Below are positions 19,472 through 28,657 of a stretch of 64,000 bases of DNA, in pieces. The translations under genes were made by a program, and so were the position numbers. Positions within the stretch are counted from its first letter, which is position 1. Each line of letters opens with the position of its first letter. The notes below the pieces were generated by a model. The model searched no databases. It was not told the DNA's origin and saw nothing but the letters and a program-made list of their open reading frames with translations. This stretch comes from a virus (taxonomy: Duplodnaviria; Heunggongvirae; Uroviricota; Caudoviricetes). The stretch is from IMG/VR virus record IMGVR_UViG_2799112330_000002, positions 128,001-192,000 of that record; one strand, 5' to 3'.

Positions 19472-20801
19472 AAAGAACATTTTGATCGGAAAAATTGGAA
19501 AATCAATTAAATTCAAGAACTTAGACATTAGAACGGGTGGTGATGCATGCATGATATTCTATTCATCAATTGCAAGAATGAATCCTGAATATAACTTCTA
19601 TTGGATTGGCCCAAACCAGATGAACAAGCTTAGTCAGGAGGAGTATGACTATATATTCCCTAACCATAACGTATTCTCTGCTTATGGATCAGATTATGAC
19701 AACCCTAATGCACATCCATTCCAGCCAATATTGGATTATTTCAAAAATAATGACATAAAGATTGACTTCGCTTTGCTTATGTCTGGAATGTGCTCAGGTC
19801 TCAATGTACCGAATTTCATGAAGAGTAAGAAGACTGGTGAATATGCTAAGATCTTGAATGCATTCAAAAACTATGTTGGTCCCTATATCTGGACACTTAA
19901 TGAAACAAATGTGCCTTTCTATCTTATTTCAGAGGATGCAAGATATATTACAACAAATGCTACTGATCTCTGTAACAGGGAAAGACTTATCTTTACACAA
20001 ACAAATGGTTATTTCAATCCTATTCCCCATATCACATCATTGACAGACTTCACATTGAAAGAAGATAGCTCAATCAAATGTATCTATGGATATGTTGAGA
20101 GAATATTTATGATGGGTCTTAGTCATGACTGGAAAGAGAAGATTGATATTGACAGGAAACTTCATTCTACTGGAAACAGACTTATTGTTATCTCAAATGG
20201 ATGTGGTCAGAAAGATATCAATAGAGCAAATGGCGGAAAGGGTTCAAGACTTCCTGAATACAAGAAATATATCATTGACAATCTTAAGAATACCGAATAT
20301 TCTGGTACAAAGATCTATGGACAGTGGGATGACAAGACATATGCTAAATATCCTGATACTGTCATTGACAAGCCACTTGTAGAACTTGAAGATGAAGTAG
20401 CAGATGCTCGTTATTCATTAGTATATTCTATCATGCCTGGGTTTGTTACTGTAAAAGCTTGGGAAATGATCATCAAGGGTCTTATCCCATTTATCCATCC
20501 CGATTATGACAAAGACAGACTTCTTGGACTTCCTGAATATTGTTATCTTAAGGATGAGAAAGACTTGTTGATAAAGATGAGAGAACTTGATGCTCATGAT
20601 GAATTATATCTACGCTTATTGAATAATTGCTTTAATTGCATATCAGAAGATGATCTCAATGGTAAGCGAATGAACAATTTCATATTCAACAAGATTGCAG
20701 AAGATCTGGGATTTGAGTATAAAGAGAAAGAAGGATGTGAATCTATTTTTGATCATTTCTCAAAGACTGTATTTGATCCTTCAAAAGTTATAAATAAATA
20801 G
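19455..20801 (+). CDS. GT-B glycosyltransferase, T4 DNA beta-glucosyltransferase-like
   Basis: DARY motif; C-terminal FVTVKAWEM...PFIHPDYD...YLKDEKDLLIKMRELD resembles the C-terminal half of T4 BGT. Context in a hydroxymethylase operon. Confidence 0.6.
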   Translation: MNRTAEKNILIGKIGKSIKFKNLDIRTGGDACMIFYSSIARMNPEYNFYWIGPNQMNKLSQEEYDYIFPNHNVFSAYGSDYDNPNAHPFQPILDYFKNNDIKIDFALLMSGMCSGLNVPNFMKSKKTGEYAKILNAFKNYVGPYIWTLNETNVPFYLISEDARYITTNATDLCNRERLIFTQTNGYFNPIPHITSLTDFTLKEDSSIKCIYGYVERIFMMGLSHDWKEKIDIDRKLHSTGNRLIVISNGCGQKDINRANGGKGSRLPEYKKYIIDNLKNTEYSGTKIYGQWDDKTYAKYPDTVIDKPLVELEDEVADARYSLVYSIMPGFVTVKAWEMIIKGLIPFIHPDYDKDRLLGLPEYCYLKDEKDLLIKMRELDAHDELYLRLLNNCFNCISEDDLNGKRMNNFIFNKIAEDLGFEYKEKEGCESIFDHFSKTVFDPSKVINK

Positions 20802-20810
20802 ACAATATAT

Positions 20811-21302
20811 ATGAACAAGATAATTGTAATTAGCGATATTGATGGTTGCTTGACAGATGGAGGACTTTATTATACTGCTGATGGCAAAGTAATGAAGAAG
20901 TTTGGAGTTGGTGATCATGAAGGAGTAAAGCTTTTACGAAAGAACAATATAGATATCCTGTTTATCACTGCCGATAAGACAGGATATCCTATTGTCAAAC
21001 GTAGAATAGATGATATGAAATGTGATCTTGTTGTTGTAAATGAAATAGAACGATTAGACTTCATTAAAGAATATGTGAAAGAATATGAACAAGTGGTATT
21101 CTTTGGAGATGGTCTTGGGGATGCTAATGTGAAGAGCAAAATCCCAGAAATATATTTCATAACTCCAAGAAACGCCAGAAATGAAGCTAAATATGTTTCT
21201 GACTATATCACCGAAAACAAAGGTAGTGAAGGAGCTTTCTTAGATCTTGCTATACATGTTTCTTGGAAAACAAATACATATTATAATAAACTATATGAAT
21301 AG
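20811..21302 (+). CDS. KdsC-like HAD sugar-phosphate phosphatase
   Basis: SDIDGCLTDG, KKFGVGD, FFGDGLGD and GSEGAF motifs. Confidence 0.85.
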   Translation: MNKIIVISDIDGCLTDGGLYYTADGKVMKKFGVGDHEGVKLLRKNNIDILFITADKTGYPIVKRRIDDMKCDLVVVNEIERLDFIKEYVKEYEQVVFFGDGLGDANVKSKIPEIYFITPRNARNEAKYVSDYITENKGSEGAFLDLAIHVSWKTNTYYNKLYE

Positions 21303-22587
21303 ACAAATAAGATGGGCAGCAATACAACCGCTTACTGGAGGTATGTATCTTGGGGCTGAAGAAGCTATAGGAAATAAAGCCGAATGGATCATGTCATTCA
21401 AAGGATTAGATACTGTCAAATATTCAAAGACTGATCCAACACAAATGACATCTGTTGGCAATGAATATAACCTATTGAAATATCTAGAAAAGAAAGGGAG
21501 ATCTGTACCCTATTATGTCATTAATAGTCCAATGTTTGATATTGACATAAACAGTACAAATGTTGACATTACTTTAGATGGTGACAAGGCAACTCCTGAT
21601 TATAATGATATTGACATAATTGTTGGTGTTCCTGTTTGTTCAGGTCTTTCAATGGTCACAAGTGGTAGTGAAGAGACAAAGAAGCAGAGAAACTGCAATA
21701 TGCAATGGATGGCTAATTATACATTACAAGTAATAAGGCCAAAGGTATATATATTTGAGAATGCTCCAACATTGATGACAGAACGTGGTGAGTATCTAAG
21801 AGAATGGTTTAATGAATTAGCATCTTTGAATGGTTATTCTATTCTCTATTATAAGACAGATACTATTCTTCATAACAATCCGCAAAAACGTCCTCGTACA
21901 TTTGTCATTTTTGTAAAGCATAACAAGTATGAGGCACAACAAGATCCACCATTGTTTGATTGGGAAAAGAAACCTATATCATTAGAAGATTTTTTGAACA
22001 ATATACCAGAAGGACTTGAGCAAGATGTTCCTGTATCAACAAGCCCAAATAACTTCTATTTGAAAGACTTTATGAATGAAGAATATAATAATGACTGGAA
22101 GAAACTTATCAATGGATCCGTCATGAACTTCATCATCAAAGAAAAGAAATTAGACAAGTTGATTAAGCATACTGAAAATAATGACAAATATGGAGATGAG
22201 AACAAGGAGAAGACATTGAAATATTTCAATCATATTAAGAAGAAGAAAGAAATGGGATTGAATTTCTATGGTAATGATCTTGTATATTTCAAAGACAAAC
22301 TTCCTTCTGTTCAATTTAGAGCAATCCCTAATATGGTACATATAACAAAGGACAGAATATATACTATAAGAGAATATCTTACATTTATGGGAATGCCTTA
22401 TGACTTTATCTTATATGGAGACAAGTCTAATCTTCCAAAGATCGCTCAGAATGTTCCAGTAGGTACAGCAAAATTCATAGTTGAACAAGCAGTAAAGATC
22501 ATTGAGAACTGGGGACAAGAAAGAACAACAAATCATAATGCGTTATATCAAAACAATATAGAACAAAAGACAAGAAACGGGGATTAA
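21295..22587 (+). CDS. DNA cytosine-5 methyltransferase-like protein with atypical motifs
   Basis: Likely start at ATG 21295. Motif IV VPVCSGLS, motif VI IFENAP, motif VIII PQKRPRTF, motif IX TIREYLTFMGMPYDF, motif X IAQNVP; motif I reads IQPLTGG. Confidence 0.75.
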   Translation: MNRQIRWAAIQPLTGGMYLGAEEAIGNKAEWIMSFKGLDTVKYSKTDPTQMTSVGNEYNLLKYLEKKGRSVPYYVINSPMFDIDINSTNVDITLDGDKATPDYNDIDIIVGVPVCSGLSMVTSGSEETKKQRNCNMQWMANYTLQVIRPKVYIFENAPTLMTERGEYLREWFNELASLNGYSILYYKTDTILHNNPQKRPRTFVIFVKHNKYEAQQDPPLFDWEKKPISLEDFLNNIPEGLEQDVPVSTSPNNFYLKDFMNEEYNNDWKKLINGSVMNFIIKEKKLDKLIKHTENNDKYGDENKEKTLKYFNHIKKKKEMGLNFYGNDLVYFKDKLPSVQFRAIPNMVHITKDRIYTIREYLTFMGMPYDFILYGDKSNLPKIAQNVPVGTAKFIVEQAVKIIENWGQERTTNHNALYQNNIEQKTRNGD

Positions 22588-22604
22588 TTTCCCTGTTTTT
22601 TTTT
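22575..22604 (+). terminator. Intrinsic terminator ending the modification operon
   Basis: AAACGGGGA-ttaatt-TCCCTGTTT followed by a long T run. Confidence 0.7.
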
Positions 22605-22675
22605 GTAAAATAATTGTGAATTTTTTCCGTAATGAACTATATTATATATGTAAAAAATATTAAATATATATTATT

Positions 22676-22852
22676 ATGGAAAAAATTATCAATATTCTGA
22701 TTTCAAGAGACAACATGGAATATGAAGATGCCAGAGCTCTTGTTATTGAGACTAGGGATGAGATCATTTCAAATCCTGATTTAGCTGATGAGATCATTAT
22801 GGACTATCTTGGTCTGGAACCTGATTATCTTGAAGATCTATTGTTTTCTTAA
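22676..22852 (+). CDS. Small hypothetical phage protein (58 aa; not in ORF track)
   Basis: MEKIINILISRDNMEYEDAR...LGLEPDYLEDLLFS; lies between a promoter motif and the lysozyme gene. Confidence 0.7.
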   Translation: MEKIINILISRDNMEYEDARALVIETRDEIISNPDLADEIIMDYLGLEPDYLEDLLFS

Positions 22853-22865
22853 ATATATATAAGAT

Positions 22866-23555
22866 ATGAAGGCAGAAAATAAGATTATTGCTTTGTTTTT
22901 CTATGGTGCTATGGCTTACCAATTGTTCTATGTCAACAATACAGTAGCAGAAAACAAAACTAATGTTATTACAAGAGACCAGGTGTTCAATGAATTAACA
23001 ATGTTCAATGATGATGAACAACCAAAGAACATTGAACAAGTATCTTCTAAGAAAATTGTAAAGCATCATCCAAGAAAGAGATACAAGTTATCAAAGAAGG
23101 GAAAGAACTTCATTAAGAAACATGAGACTTGTGTACTTCATGCTTATAATGATCCAGACCCAAAACGTCGTTCAGTAGGTTGGGGACATCAGATTCAGCC
23201 AGGTGAGAACCTTGAACATATCACTAAAGCTAAAGCTGATGAGTTGTTTGAAAAAGATGTTGAATGGGTAAATGATGCAATCAACAGGCTTATTGCTCAA
23301 CAAGACAACAGGTTTACTTATTCACAAGGATTTATTGATGGTCTTGGTAGTCTTATCTACAACTGTGGAGAACGTGGAGTTACTTTGACAGAGTTCTGGG
23401 CAAGATGGAAGAAATGCCGTTATGATGCCAGCTCACCAGAATATATCAATAGGAATGACTGGAACTATACTATTGCAGCAGTAAAGACAAGCAGGATCTC
23501 AGCTCCCGGTCATGTAGAAAGAAGATATAATGAGCATATGCTAATGTTAGACTAA
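22866..23555 (+). CDS. GH24 phage lysozyme with N-terminal hydrophobic anchor
   Basis: FIKKHE...AYND...SVGWGH catalytic triad spacing; SLIYNCG and GHVERRYNE motifs. Confidence 0.85.
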   Translation: MKAENKIIALFFYGAMAYQLFYVNNTVAENKTNVITRDQVFNELTMFNDDEQPKNIEQVSSKKIVKHHPRKRYKLSKKGKNFIKKHETCVLHAYNDPDPKRRSVGWGHQIQPGENLEHITKAKADELFEKDVEWVNDAINRLIAQQDNRFTYSQGFIDGLGSLIYNCGERGVTLTEFWARWKKCRYDASSPEYINRNDWNYTIAAVKTSRISAPGHVERRYNEHMLMLD

Positions 23556-23707
23556 TAAAATGTTAATATAAGTTAAAAACTTTTATCAAATTTTGAATTA
23601 TTATTAAATAGTTGACTATATTATAAAAGAAATAATAAAATATATAAAGAGATTTTACTTTAAGAATTATTATTTTACAAATTTATTTAAACAAAAGACG
23701 TAGAAAG

Positions 23708-24760
23708 ATGAAGAAGTTTATTTTAAGTTTGATGCTGATGTTCAGCATGGTAATGGGTGTTTCCGCTCAGACCGCTATTGAGACACCCAAGTTTTTTGAC
23801 AATTGGTATGTTGGTGTAAATGCCGGCGCTACCACTAATTTAGAGTTCAATAAGGTTTTCCCAGTAAATGCAACTGTTGGTGCAGTACTTGGAAAAGAGT
23901 TTACTCCTGTATTTGGTGCACAGATTGAAGGTGTAACATGGCTTGGTGATGCTAATTTTGCTAATTCACATACTGCTTTCAAAGCAATTGATCTTTGTGT
24001 AAATGGAACAGTTAATTTTAGTAACTTGTTCTTTGGATATCTTGGAACACCTCGTAAGTTTGAAGTAAGTGGTGTAGCTGGTATCGGTTGGCTTCATATC
24101 TATGGTGACCACAATCTTGATGGCACTTATGGTCATGAAGACAATGATGAGTTTATAGCAAAGACTGCCGTAAATCTTGCTTGGAATCTTGGTAAGACAA
24201 GATCACATCAGTTATATGTACAGCCAGGTATCTATTGGAACTTGACAAATGGTCCTCGTGATTATGTACATTTCAATAGTAAGCATGCACAGGTTGGTGT
24301 ATCTGTTGGTTATGTCTACAAATTCAAGACAAGCAATGGAACACATAATTTCAAGACTTATGATGTAGGCATGATGCAGGATGAAATTTCAAGATTGAAT
24401 GATGCTCTTGCAGCTTGTGAGAATCGTCCTCCACGCGAAGTTACAAAGGAAGTTGCCGTAAGGGTTCCTGTACCTGCATTTGAGGTAATTGAGTTTGAGC
24501 TTGGTTCTTATGAATTGTTAGATGAGGCAAAGGCTAAGCTTGATAAGATTGATGAGCGAATGACTGTAGAAATTACAGCTACAGCTTCTCCTGATGGAAA
24601 AGAACAATTTAATAAAGAGTTGTCAGACAAACGTGCTCAGGCAGTAGCAGACTATCTTAAGGGTAGAGGAGTTACTGTAAAGAGTGCCGAAGGTCAGGGA
24701 GTCAAGTTGAACAGATTAGCTATAGTTACATTTGTTCGTCCTGAAAGACCACGTAGATAA
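23708..24760 (+). CDS. ompA: OmpA-family outer membrane protein (Bacteroidales type)
   Basis: Signal peptide ending SAQ, DNWYVGV beta-barrel, C-terminal ASPDG...NKELSDKRAQAVADYL peptidoglycan-binding domain. Confidence 0.9.
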   Translation: MKKFILSLMLMFSMVMGVSAQTAIETPKFFDNWYVGVNAGATTNLEFNKVFPVNATVGAVLGKEFTPVFGAQIEGVTWLGDANFANSHTAFKAIDLCVNGTVNFSNLFFGYLGTPRKFEVSGVAGIGWLHIYGDHNLDGTYGHEDNDEFIAKTAVNLAWNLGKTRSHQLYVQPGIYWNLTNGPRDYVHFNSKHAQVGVSVGYVYKFKTSNGTHNFKTYDVGMMQDEISRLNDALAACENRPPREVTKEVAVRVPVPAFEVIEFELGSYELLDEAKAKLDKIDERMTVEITATASPDGKEQFNKELSDKRAQAVADYLKGRGVTVKSAEGQGVKLNRLAIVTFVRPERPRR

Positions 24761-24802
24761 CATCATTTGTTATATATTTTATATATTTTATTATACACAA
24801 AG

Positions 24803-24832
24803 AAAGAGTAGGATAACGTTATCCTACTCTTT
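24803..24832. terminator. Perfect 30-bp palindrome, bidirectional terminator
   Basis: AAAGAGTAGGATAAC|GTTATCCTACTCTTT between convergent genes. Confidence 0.7.
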
Positions 24833-24847
24833 GTTGATTATGTTTGA

Positions 24848-25219
24848 TTATAAATTTTCTTTATTTGTATATGAGAGTCCTGTTGTCTTGTCTTCAATGA
24901 TTTTCTTTAATATAAGATATAGTCCGTAAATATAGTCTTTAGTTTGATTAATATCTATATGTATAGTATCATCAATGAAGTCTATGAATATCTTTAAGTT
25001 TCCACCAAATATAGGGTTATTGTCTTTATTCATATTCATATAGTCTTCAATTGATTTCTGGTTAAACCCAGGTGTTTTCCTGAAATAGTCAACAACATCT
25101 ATAAATGATTTCTTTTCATCATCTTTCTTATTGAAATATGTATTAAGTTTCCAGAAGAAATTATCATCTATAGATTCTTCAATTTGTCTATGTCTTATAT
25201 ATTCATTATACTTTTTCAT
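24848..25219 (-). CDS. Putative internal head protein
   Basis: Likely start MKKYNEYI...IEE at 25219. Confidence 0.55.
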   Translation of the reverse strand: MKKYNEYIRHRQIEESIDDNFFWKLNTYFNKKDDEKKSFIDVVDYFRKTPGFNQKSIEDYMNMNKDNNPIFGGNLKIFIDFIDDTIHIDINQTKDYIYGLYLILKKIIEDKTTGLSYTNKENL

Positions 25220-25919
25220 TTTTGTCTTCTTTATTGTCATCATATTTGATTTCTTTAACAGCTACTGAACCAAATAACTTGTTTTCTTTTACAAAGTCAC
25301 AATCATTCAAAAGTTGATTATACAGTTCTTTATTTGCTTTCTCTTGACATTGTATTTTGACAAAATCTTTAGCTTTTAAGATATCTTTACTGTCTAAAAG
25401 AATTTCAACAACATTTTGGAGTTTTATAGATTTTTCATATTCGGTAATTATTTGAATCTTAAGTAAATCTAAGTCAAAATCATTCTTTCTACCTTTTATC
25501 AATGCAACAATATCTTTTATCTCTTCATCTTCATAGCATAGACCATAGTATAAATCATTTTTGTTATTTTCTTTTGTCACATAGTCTTCAATGAACTTAT
25601 AGAATCCAAGTTTATCATCTTCATTTGGAATGACACCTTGTGGAGCTATAATTTTCTTTATATGCTTTTGATCAATATACATCATTTTGCATTTGTTTAG
25701 ATCAAAATGCTTTTTAATATATTGCTTATATTTCTCTATACTATCTCCCTTAAATATCTTATCATATTCATCCGGATCATAACGGAATCTGTCATATTTC
25801 TTAGTTGATGGAGAAAAAAGATTATTAAACCATTCTTTTATAGCATCCCAAATCTTTCCTTCATGTATCTCATCATTGTATTCTAATTCTTCTAATAAAT
25901 ATTGTTGTAAAGTCTTCAT
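25206..25919 (-). CDS. Putative internal head protein
   Basis: MKTLQQYLLE N-terminus; EGKIWDAIKEWFNNLF is shared with its neighbour. Confidence 0.6.
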   Translation of the reverse strand: MKTLQQYLLEELEYNDEIHEGKIWDAIKEWFNNLFSPSTKKYDRFRYDPDEYDKIFKGDSIEKYKQYIKKHFDLNKCKMMYIDQKHIKKIIAPQGVIPNEDDKLGFYKFIEDYVTKENNKNDLYYGLCYEDEEIKDIVALIKGRKNDFDLDLLKIQIITEYEKSIKLQNVVEILLDSKDILKAKDFVKIQCQEKANKELYNQLLNDCDFVKENKLFGSVAVKEIKYDDNKEDKNEKV

Positions 25920-26575
25920 TTAAAATTCTTAAAGAAAATATTTTTATTGTTGTTTTGAACTTTATAACCTAATAATGTAGTCATAGTCTTCTTTATTTCA
26001 GGCAAAGATAGAATATATTTAGCACCATTGAAATTTTTGTTCTTCATATTTGTTTCAAAGATACTATAGATATACTTTTCTACTGCTTCTTTGTTGTCAA
26101 TTGAATCAATCACTTCTACATTAAATACATTAACATAGTTTTCATCATTTTTTGTATCTTCATCAAACAATATTATACCTATATACTTCTTGTTGTCTGT
26201 CTTCTCATCCATTATATAGAAATATCTGTCTATCTTTATTGGATATTCAATTTTCTTCTTGTTGTCAGGAGATTCATGAACAAAATATTCATTCTTTTTA
26301 GATATCAACTTAGATGTAATAGGGAACCCAATATTCTCATCATTAATTATCTTCATTTCATTCTTATCTGCTAATGTGTCTGATAATTTTGATGGACTAT
26401 CAGGGCTTTTTATATTTTTGATATTCTTATTGTCTATTGTGAAAGTTACTTCATCGGGTGATAATTCTTGTTGTGATTTGAATAGATTCTTAAACCACTC
26501 AGATATCTTACCAAGTAATCCTTCATTAAGTGTTTCAATTTCTCTTTCTGTAATATATCTATTGAATGATTGCAT
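25916..26575 (-). CDS. Putative internal head protein
   Basis: MQSFNRYITE N-terminus; EGLLGKISEWFKNLF. Confidence 0.6.
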   Translation of the reverse strand: MQSFNRYITEREIETLNEGLLGKISEWFKNLFKSQQELSPDEVTFTIDNKNIKNIKSPDSPSKLSDTLADKNEMKIINDENIGFPITSKLISKKNEYFVHESPDNKKKIEYPIKIDRYFYIMDEKTDNKKYIGIILFDEDTKNDENYVNVFNVEVIDSIDNKEAVEKYIYSIFETNMKNKNFNGAKYILSLPEIKKTMTTLLGYKVQNNNKNIFFKNFK

Positions 26576-26593
26576 AAAAAATACTATATTAAT

Positions 26594-26610
26594 TATATAA
26601 TTAAAAATAA
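26594..26610 (-). promoter_or_regulatory. Putative late promoter (17-mer)
   Basis: Exact copy upstream of 26575. Confidence 0.7.
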
Positions 26611-26681
26611 TTTTTTATGATGAATTATATCACTTTATGAACTATTTTATTATTAACTAAAACATTAAATTATAGAATAAT

Positions 26682-26981
26682 ATGGAATGGATTAAACTTC
26701 ATTGGAAAGAGATTGTGATGGTAGTATTAGCTATATTTTGTTTGAATAAATGTACACAATCATGTTCAAGACAGAATGAACTTAATACACAGCAAATACA
26801 AATGTCACGACTTGATTCAATCAATACAGTAATGATAGATTCAATTGCAAAGCTTAATACAATAATAAAAGTATATGAAGAGAAAGTTTCAGGTCTAAAT
26901 CAGGCATTAAATATTCAAGATGAAGCCAATAAGAGACTTTCAGAAGCAAAAAAGAACATTAATGTAAATGTTAAGAAATAA
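26682..26981 (+). CDS. Membrane-anchored coiled-coil protein
   Basis: N-terminal hydrophobic helix followed by a heptad-rich region. Confidence 0.6.
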   Translation: MEWIKLHWKEIVMVVLAIFCLNKCTQSCSRQNELNTQQIQMSRLDSINTVMIDSIAKLNTIIKVYEEKVSGLNQALNIQDEANKRLSEAKKNINVNVKK

Positions 26982-27229
26982 TGAAAAAAGGAATAAAAAT
27001 ACCATTGATGAATTTGTGGTATGTAATATTGACATTAGTATTCATACTTGCAAAGAATAGTGGAATAATTGATTGGGGTCCATTATGGATATTGTCCCCT
27101 CTTTGGATCCCTTCAGCTATAGCATTATCTATTTGGGGTAGTGTAATGTTATTAAGGATATTACTAGAAATCATAGCATTTATTAATTCATTATATAGAA
27201 AATATTTGTCAAAGCATAAAATTAAATAA
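26981..27229 (+). CDS. Small membrane protein
   Basis: Two hydrophobic segments; GIIDWGPLWILSPLWIP. Confidence 0.6.
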   Translation: MKKGIKIPLMNLWYVILTLVFILAKNSGIIDWGPLWILSPLWIPSAIALSIWGSVMLLRILLEIIAFINSLYRKYLSKHKIK

Positions 27230-27232
27230 TTT

Positions 27233-28174
27233 ATGAAAATTACAATAGATACTAAAACAGGAGAAGTAAAAGTTGGTGGAAAGCCATTTAATGAAGCAAG
27301 TGAGGCAAACAAGAATCTTGCGGAAACTTATCTTAGGAAAGCAGTAAGAGAGAATACAATGCTTTCTGATTATGAAATAGATTCTATGTGGATGTCTTAT
27401 CGTTATTGTATTGGACGTCATACTATAGCATCTCATATGAGGGCTAATGATATTTGGAAGCATTGTAGAAATCGTATGACTAAGGAACGTCAATTGTTCA
27501 ATGCTTATGATATGAATAGAGAAATTGAACAGAGAATGGCATTCACATATCCATGCTTTAGATTTCCATTAACAAATCTTAACCGTATCTATACAACAGC
27601 GGTGGATATTGTTTGTGAATTCATGGAAGACTACAATATTCAGAGTAAGGAAGATTTTCTCAAATATAGAGATATTGATGTCATTCTTGCAGATAATGAA
27701 AGAGGCTATAAGCTTGAGACAACAACATGGGAAGAATGGTTACGTCCTCAGGTATTGAAGATATGCCAGAATATTTATGACAATAATGAATTGACTGAAG
27801 AAGAGGCATGGGCTATGTTTGAGAAATGGAATGAAGGTGACCAAGAAATGATAGATACATTTGACTGGAAATTCAAACCATTGACAAAAGACATTCCTAA
27901 TCCTGAAAACTTCTATTTCCTTGATTTTGAAGATCTATTTGTTTGGAATGATCTTGTACATTGTTTTGATCATGAGCATTATCATAAGTCTGTTCTTGTA
28001 GATGGAACTGAATGTGAATGGTTCTGGACATGGACTGAGAAATCTGAAAAACGAGATGATGGATATTATTATAAAGCATTCGGATACAAGAAGATTAGAG
28101 TTCCTGTAGACAAATGGAATGGAAGCTATACTACATGGATTCCTGATGAGGTAATTGAAAAAGATCTTTATTAA
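27233..28174 (+). CDS. Hypothetical protein
   Basis: 313-aa ORF with MSYRYCIGRHT motif, in operon context. Confidence 0.7.
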   Translation: MKITIDTKTGEVKVGGKPFNEASEANKNLAETYLRKAVRENTMLSDYEIDSMWMSYRYCIGRHTIASHMRANDIWKHCRNRMTKERQLFNAYDMNREIEQRMAFTYPCFRFPLTNLNRIYTTAVDIVCEFMEDYNIQSKEDFLKYRDIDVILADNERGYKLETTTWEEWLRPQVLKICQNIYDNNELTEEEAWAMFEKWNEGDQEMIDTFDWKFKPLTKDIPNPENFYFLDFEDLFVWNDLVHCFDHEHYHKSVLVDGTECEWFWTWTEKSEKRDDGYYYKAFGYKKIRVPVDKWNGSYTTWIPDEVIEKDLY

Positions 28175-28191
28175 CTAAAATATAATAATTC

Positions 28192-28650
28192 ATGGAAAAA
28201 CAGAACATAAAAGAAGAGTTATTTCGTAAGCATCTATCATGTTGGCCTCCCGAGAATGAAGCAGCAAAACTTTATCATATGTTTTTAAAGGAACACCCTG
28301 AATATGAAGATGCCCCAATTAGGTGTATAATTGATTCTAAGGAAATGGAAGAGGATCATTATGGAAATGGCGGTGGAGTTGAAAATACATTAATCATCTA
28401 TAATGAAAGAGAAGAGACAGATGAAGAGTATGAGAGAAGAATTAAAGAATGTGAAAACCAATTAATTGATAAATATTCTAATGAAATTGTATTGGAGTTA
28501 ACCCATCTTGAATCTTCTTTACGAAAACCATCAAATGACTATCTTAACAAGGATAGAATTATCAATGAATTAAAATCAAATATAGACAAATATTTTAAAA
28601 ATCTTTATATTTTAGCTCACGAAAAAGATATTGATTACATTAAAAAATAA
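28192..28650 (+). CDS. Hypothetical protein
   Basis: 152-aa ORF; REETDEEYERR motif. Confidence 0.65.
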   Translation: MEKQNIKEELFRKHLSCWPPENEAAKLYHMFLKEHPEYEDAPIRCIIDSKEMEEDHYGNGGGVENTLIIYNEREETDEEYERRIKECENQLIDKYSNEIVLELTHLESSLRKPSNDYLNKDRIINELKSNIDKYFKNLYILAHEKDIDYIKK

Positions 28651-28657
28651 ATAATTC

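Noticed and set aside
20799-20813. TAG followed 9 nt later by an in-frame ATG, which could fuse the BGT-like and KdsC-like genes by readthrough
   Set aside because: A one-in-three chance coincidence; the spacer is a normal AT-rich leader and there is no other evidence of recoding.
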